Assembly: GCA_052426225.1 (NCBI GenBank)
Contig: JBNJNM010000019.1
Location: 62,001 to 126,000, forward strand
DNA length: 64,000 nt
Source: Zancudomyces culisetae HAW-14-8
Taxonomy: Eukaryota > Fungi > Kickxellomycota
Direction: 5' to 3'
A model generated the notes under the pieces. The model had not been told where the DNA came from, ran no database searches, and worked only from the letters and a program-made list of their open reading frames with translations. Of this stretch, positions 58,508-64,000 are shown piece after piece. The first letter of the stretch is position 1. The number at the start of each line of letters is the position of its first letter. A program made the translations under genes and the position numbers.

Positions 58508-61500
58508 TTACGACAATAAAAATCCAGATTTCGAGTTTATTGCATATAGGAGCTTCTCTTTCAAGACAGCGCGGTTAGAGTAAACGGGGAGTTTTAGCAG
58601 GTTAACACATGTGGAAGAGGAGGGCAGCCTACCGCATTTAAACTCGTACTCAAAAGAGCCGGCTTCAAGCTGGTTGGTGGAGCTGGAGCCAGGGCTAGAG
58701 CTTGGGTTATGGTCTGGCCCAGAAACATTGGGGGACTGTTCGGTGGTTAGCGGAATTCCCTGAATACAGAACTTAGGGTTGAGATTGGAAAACCCACCCT
58801 GTGGAGGCAGCTCGCTGCTTGTAACAAACTTGAGTAGCAACCTCTTTTCATTGTCTTGCAGCGAGTTTTCAACAATATCCCAAAACATTTCAATAGTCTT
58901 TAGGTGTTTTTTTCTATCCTCTTCCACTTTTCCCTTTGCTCTTTCACTGTCAGCTGTAAATGCGCCAAAATAATTATTCGGTTGGGGTTGATCAAAAAGA
59001 CCAGAGTAAACTGTGTTTGCCTTCCAGTCAGCTATATCAATAGAACTATAACAGCTCGACCCATTTAGCAGTTCCATTCCCTCAGAATAGTTTGTCATAC
59101 CTGTCAAAAAGGTATTAAGCTCATTGGGACTTGCAAACAAAGCTCTATAGAAACTAAATGGTGTAATTGAAAATACACCATCTAAAAACGCCATCTGTGA
59201 CTCACTAAAATTCAAGTTATTCAGCTTAAAGCTAACCATTTGGTGGATGTAGTATTCAACAGACTCGTTCGTAACTTGCTTGAAGTTATTGAAGTTTTCT
59301 CTAGTTAATTTGACCAGAAGAAAATCAACTCCATATTTCCCCTTAGAACCGCCATCATAGTTAATAACATTGAAATTCAAGTTTTCAAGTTCAGTGCTAT
59401 GTTTTTTAAGCCCTAGAGTGTCTAAATCATAAACAAAGCTTTTATCTGCAGAGACGGTAAAGTCTAATCCGTAAAGCAGATCCACCTGTGAAGCTTTGTC
59501 CTTAGATTTAGTATATAATTCAACCAATCCCTTATAAAGCTCATAGTCATATTCGGCCAAATCTTCAAGCCCAAATGACAGTCCCAACCAGCGTTTTAAG
59601 AAAAAGTCCGAAAATCTTAATGGAAGCTTAACCAGGCGGTAATTAACTAGCGTTTTTGCTACAATTGCCCCCGAGTATCGCAACATCTGACATCTCTCCT
59701 CTCTTCCTCCCTCACTGCCATTGACAAATTCAGTGGGGTGCAATCTGTATTGCTGTTGTTTTTCTACTGAATTTCCACCAACGTCTGTGATACTTTCCGT
59801 ATTTTCAGTTAAGGAGAATAAATTGTTTTTGATGTCAAAAATATAGTCTTGAGTAGACTCCATAAACTCTCTGTACACACCTCCTCCATCAATCCCTGGC
59901 TCGTTAAACCCATGTGCATCTATAAAATTGATTTTGAAATCCAACTTGAAGCCATCTCCTGGTGAAAGATGATTAATCATCGAAGAATAATGGTAGTTTT
60001 CATTGTGCTCGTTGTCAGTACTCTGTGCATTGCCCAAGAGAATGGGACTCAATACGTTAAACCCATCATAAAACACTTTGTCTCTCCTCACAGTTAGCGC
60101 TACACCTTGATCCAAATGCATAGATGAATGAAGAAACATTGATGAGCCCCGGTGCTGATTGATATAAAACTCGTATATCAGTGTTCTTATCCTCCCCATA
60201 TCTTTTCCAATAAGAGCATTAAAAATTGTTACTCGCTCATTTAGTGGAATTACAAATGGCATTTCCATCAAGACTTGTATCCGATTGTTTATAGTCGACA
60301 ATGATTTCCCGCTACCGAGGTTAAAACTGTGTACATTCGAACCCACACTATTCGCCCCATTTGCAAAGCCAGACCCACTGGTTCCCATACTTCCGTTGCG
60401 AGACCCCTCCCTCCGCTCTGTGTCAGTTATACTACCATCCTTTTTCTCACCACTCTCCTCGTTGCTGTTATCACTATCATACTCACCATCATCATCATCA
60501 TCATCATCAATATCCATTGCATCTTTATTTTTTTTTGCAAGGGTATGTTCAAGTGTACTCAGATAGTTTGTAAATTCTTGATCGTTTACTATTTTGCTGC
60601 TATATCCACCAATAGACAATTGCTGGTACCCACCAATTACCCAGGCATGCTTTGTTCCTGTCCATTTTGTTTTTTCATCCAGTAAAAAGAGTTTGTATGC
60701 CAATGCCACACTTATCTTTTTTAGTCTAGCAAAGTTGCTGCCTTCAACTTTGATTTTGTCTATACCCCTCCACACTATTATAAACCCGATATTTCTGGCC
60801 ACTCTTCCCAACCTTCTCATTCCATCTACACTTAACAATATTTCGGGTCCGATGGATTTGCCATTATTGTGGCCAATCAGATCCAAAAATTCATAACATG
60901 TAGTTCTATTGACCTTCTCAAAGACCAACTTCATTAAAAGCTCCAATACCCCCCATTTATCTCTATTCATCTCTATACTCCCATTTTTTTCAAATGTATT
61001 TTTACTAAAGAGTAGCCCCGATTGAAATACATCTGTTGAATATTTATCCGCATTAACCCTCTCTTCACTTAGATTTACAACAAGCTCCTCGTCTTTGACT
61101 ATACTCCACATTTCCTCCAAAATCTCTTCGCCCTTTGCGCTATCTAATATAATCATTCTTATGGTCCTCTCTACAGTTTCTTTGCTTCTCAACATCAGCT
61201 TCACAATATAGTTGATTACTTTGAATTTATAACTTTCTGAAACAGTATCCGTTACTATAATGCTCAGTATTCTTTCTATCATTTCTTGTTCAAAAATCCC
61301 TTTGACCATCTTGTACTGTTTGTGGGTATCTTTGTTTGCAATGCTTTTTAGATTGTCTATCCATAAATCTGTTGCCTCTAAGTATAAACCCATCCACCCT
61401 TCATTCCCACCATTTTCTAGTTTTATTCGTGGTATTATGAATCCTGCTATGTTGCTAAGAACATTGAGTCCTGTCGCTTCACGGTCATTTTGCAAATTGC

Positions 61501-62527
61501 GTCCCACCTTTTCTATTTCTATTATTTTTTTTAATATAGCCCACCATGCCCTTTCTTTTGCAGCTATCTCCAGAACTGCATTCTGGACACGTATTTGTAG
61601 AGGACCTATTAAATATACGAACCCGGGCCTGACTCTTGCCAGCTTCACAGCCAACCCACCAACTTTTGTTACGATTCCTCCCACTATATACTTAATAGTG
61701 TTTTTCGATTGTTCTGGATCGTTTTCTGTGCCATCGGCATCTTCAAAGGCCTTTATAATCAAGTAGGATACAAGACCAAGCACATTCACACAAATTTCAT
61801 CTTTATTCAAATAATACTGCTCAAGAAGTTGACCCAAACTCCAAAGGTACCCTTCGGTAGCATTCAAGTCGGAGTAGAATTGGCATTCCTGTGACCCTAG
61901 TCTTATTATTACTTTCAATATATTTAGCAGCGTCTCTGCTCGCTCTTGAGAATCTAATATTTGATAATTATCAAATCCTGCATCGCCCTTTGTCATCTTT
62001 CTCAAAAATACTTTTAAAACGCCAGCAAGTAAATGAATTTTGTAAATTTTGTTGCCTATATATTCATTTTCTGAATTCTTGCTAGGATTAAAATCGGAAT
62101 CCGCATTTACAGCCTCAATATTACCAAATTCGCGTTCCTCGATCATTTTAAGAACCCTTCTTAATAGCATATTGTCTTGTTTTGTTCTTATCCCCCTAAA
62201 AACCACGCTAGATTTTAGTAAGACTTCTAAATAATGATATTGTAGCTTGTAATTGGACCCATTTTCCTTAGTACTTTCATATTCAAGAATTTCGGATTCC
62301 AACCCCTTTTCTTGAAGCACATAAAATGCCCTCCTTTCCACCGCTCTCCGATATTGCGCCTGAATAACCGAGGCTGCTTTGTTTCTTTGTCTCTCATTCT
62401 CTCTTCTTTCCCTTTCTCTAATCGCATTCTTGTACACATCTTTGATACCAGCACTGCCAAGTTTCTCTTTTTTACCACCAAGACTTATCCTTGGGGTATT
62501 TTTTGTTGAGCCTGTAAACGAGTACAT
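58508..62527 (-). CDS. HECT E3 ubiquitin ligase, Hul5/UBE3C-like
   Basis: N-terminal FTGS..ISLGG, IQ motif (IQAQYRR), MPFVIPLNERV, EPGIDGGGVYREF, LLKFVTS and catalytic RLPSSSTCVNLLKLP..SGFLLS. Confidence 0.92.
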   Translation of the reverse strand: MYSFTGSTKNTPRISLGGKKEKLGSAGIKDVYKNAIRERERRENERQRNKAASVIQAQYRRAVERRAFYVLQEKGLESEILEYESTKENGSNYKLQYHYLEVLLKSSVVFRGIRTKQDNMLLRRVLKMIEEREFGNIEAVNADSDFNPSKNSENEYIGNKIYKIHLLAGVLKVFLRKMTKGDAGFDNYQILDSQERAETLLNILKVIIRLGSQECQFYSDLNATEGYLWSLGQLLEQYYLNKDEICVNVLGLVSYLIIKAFEDADGTENDPEQSKNTIKYIVGGIVTKVGGLAVKLARVRPGFVYLIGPLQIRVQNAVLEIAAKERAWWAILKKIIEIEKVGRNLQNDREATGLNVLSNIAGFIIPRIKLENGGNEGWMGLYLEATDLWIDNLKSIANKDTHKQYKMVKGIFEQEMIERILSIIVTDTVSESYKFKVINYIVKLMLRSKETVERTIRMIILDSAKGEEILEEMWSIVKDEELVVNLSEERVNADKYSTDVFQSGLLFSKNTFEKNGSIEMNRDKWGVLELLMKLVFEKVNRTTCYEFLDLIGHNNGKSIGPEILLSVDGMRRLGRVARNIGFIIVWRGIDKIKVEGSNFARLKKISVALAYKLFLLDEKTKWTGTKHAWVIGGYQQLSIGGYSSKIVNDQEFTNYLSTLEHTLAKKNKDAMDIDDDDDDDGEYDSDNSNEESGEKKDGSITDTERREGSRNGSMGTSGSGFANGANSVGSNVHSFNLGSGKSLSTINNRIQVLMEMPFVIPLNERVTIFNALIGKDMGRIRTLIYEFYINQHRGSSMFLHSSMHLDQGVALTVRRDKVFYDGFNVLSPILLGNAQSTDNEHNENYHYSSMINHLSPGDGFKLDFKINFIDAHGFNEPGIDGGGVYREFMESTQDYIFDIKNNLFSLTENTESITDVGGNSVEKQQQYRLHPTEFVNGSEGGREERCQMLRYSGAIVAKTLVNYRLVKLPLRFSDFFLKRWLGLSFGLEDLAEYDYELYKGLVELYTKSKDKASQVDLLYGLDFTVSADKSFVYDLDTLGLKKHSTELENLNFNVINYDGGSKGKYGVDFLLVKLTRENFNNFKQVTNESVEYYIHQMVSFKLNNLNFSESQMAFLDGVFSITPFSFYRALFASPNELNTFLTGMTNYSEGMELLNGSSCYSSIDIADWKANTVYSGLFDQPQPNNYFGAFTADSERAKGKVEEDRKKHLKTIEMFWDIVENSLQDNEKRLLLKFVTSSELPPQGGFSNLNPKFCIQGIPLTTEQSPNVSGPDHNPSSSPGSSSTNQLEAGSFEYEFKCGRLPSSSTCVNLLKLPVYSNRAVLKEKLLYAINSKSGFLLS

Positions 62528-63604
62528 TTTGTATATTGTTCTTATAAAGCACTTTAAATCCTCTGTTGCTGCACACCTCCTTCTTTAATAAATTAAACTA
62601 GTAAAAAAAATATTGTGTCGTGGTAAAATTAATTTGGATTGATTCCTGCCTGTGATATGTTGTGAGTTAGAAAAAAGAGGAAACACTCTTATACTTACGT
62701 GTGACAATGTTTAATTCTAAAGGCAATAATTTTTTTGTTGATTGTACTTCTCCTTGTGTACTATCTGTCTATTTCTGTGTATTTAGTACTGAACCCAATC
62801 CATCAAATTTGCTTTTAGCTGTTAGTTCTGGCTAACATCAGTTAAGAAGTGTTTGCACTTTTTGACAATAACAAATAACATTGTTCAATCTGCATTAATA
62901 TCCTCAAAAGTGACAAATCTATTCGTTATTTTCTGAAAATGTCATAGGATAAAGCTAACTAATCTTAGTCGAAATATAGCAACGGTTATAATTTTTTCAC
63001 AGATTTATTTACCCAATAAGCACGCATTAGTGTTTCAATAAAAATTGCGGCACGAAAATGAAAAAAAAATTTCCATCAAAAAATCTCGATGGTTTAAAAA
63101 AAAAAAAGTGATTTCCATTTCTTCCAACTCAAGATTTTGAAGAACCGAGAACAAGTTTCCACTCATGTAAGTATTAACATTAATTGATCATAAGGTAGCC
63201 GACTTCAACTCTGAGGCATATATCTGTATATCATAATGAATTTGCTATGACATGCTACGCTCGAACCTTTTTTACGCGTTCGAATGTATATTATTTTGCT
63301 GATTACATTTTGGATTCAAAATTATCAGAGTGGTTAGTGGTTTAATTTGGTTTGGGTTGTAAAGTTGTTAATCTTTATGGATTCAATTTTATATCAGAGC
63401 TATGGGCTGTTAATTCGGAAATTTTCTATTTTGATTATTTTGTGGTAATTAGATTTAAAGCATTTAACTAATAATACCAACTGGTATACTATCTTATAGT
63501 AAAGACGTCTGGAGATTTAGAAATCGCTATCAACTTTTCGAACAACGAAAATTGTATATTCAGTCCGCTTTTTCAATAACCAACAAAACGAAAAATAAGT
63601 AAAA

Positions 63605-64000
63605 ATGTCTTCAGAAGGAGATGTCGTGGCAACTAACAACGAGGTTGAGGTAGTCTCAACTTCAATGAAATCAGGAATGTCTGTTGAGGATGCTCTCCAA
63701 CAGGTCTTGAAGAAGGCTTTGATCCACGGTGGTTTGGCCAGAGGATTGAGAGAATCAGTAAAGGCTCTCGATCGTCGTGATGCATACCTTTGTGTATTGT
63801 GCGAGGCCTGCGAACAAGCCGAGATTGTTACATTGGTTGAGGCTCTTTGTGCCGAACACAAGATCCACCTCATCAAGGTCAGCGATGCCAAGAAATTGGG
63901 TGAATGGGCTGGTCTATGCAAGGTCGATCGTGAGGGTAACGCAAGAAAGGTCGTAGGTGCCAGTGTTGTCGTTGTTAGAAACTGGGGTGAGGAATCAGAG
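63605..64000 (+). CDS. RPS12: 40S ribosomal protein S12 (eS12), 3'-truncated by the window edge
   Basis: [65 protein letters not shown]. It is absent from the ORF track because no stop falls within the window. Confidence 0.96.
   Translation, partial: MSSEGDVVATNNEVEVVSTSMKSGMSVEDALQQVLKKALIHGGLARGLRESVKALDRRDAYLCVLCEACEQAEIVTLVEALCAEHKIHLIKVSDAKKLGEWAGLCKVDREGNARKVVGASVVVVRNWGEESE

Overview
This is AT-rich eukaryotic (fungal) genomic DNA with short GT-AG introns and many coding microsatellites. The tripartite Trl1 ligase marks it as fungal; an early-diverging lineage such as Harpellales/Kickxellomycotina is my inference only. I support 21 protein-coding genes, seven rebuilt by hand across introns that the ORF track splits (MOG1, ABP1, glyoxylate reductase, a DM9-repeat protein, SOD1, MAP2, pICln). 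The others are two GT31-like glycosyltransferase paralogues, three TM-RING-H2 ligases, TRL1, SKI3, Cys-GPx, two GDSL/SGNH proteins, a DDB1/Mms1-like propeller protein, a P450, a HUL5/UBE3C-like HECT ligase and a partial RPS12. I found no CRISPR array, rRNA, tRNA or intact transposon. Most notable: (1) a hidden four-exon DM9 lectin-like protein with a long repeat-bearing low-complexity arm and two compensating frameshifts; (2) an active/catalytically dead GDSL pair interleaved with GPX and SOD1; (3) a transcription-polarised purine-to-pyrimidine gradient along the giant genes; (4) a GC-AG intron beside a 27-nt micro-exon; (5) an unexplained intergenic stem-loop carrying a 5' splice site and an Sm-like motif. 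All family calls rest on motif recognition by eye; no searches were run.
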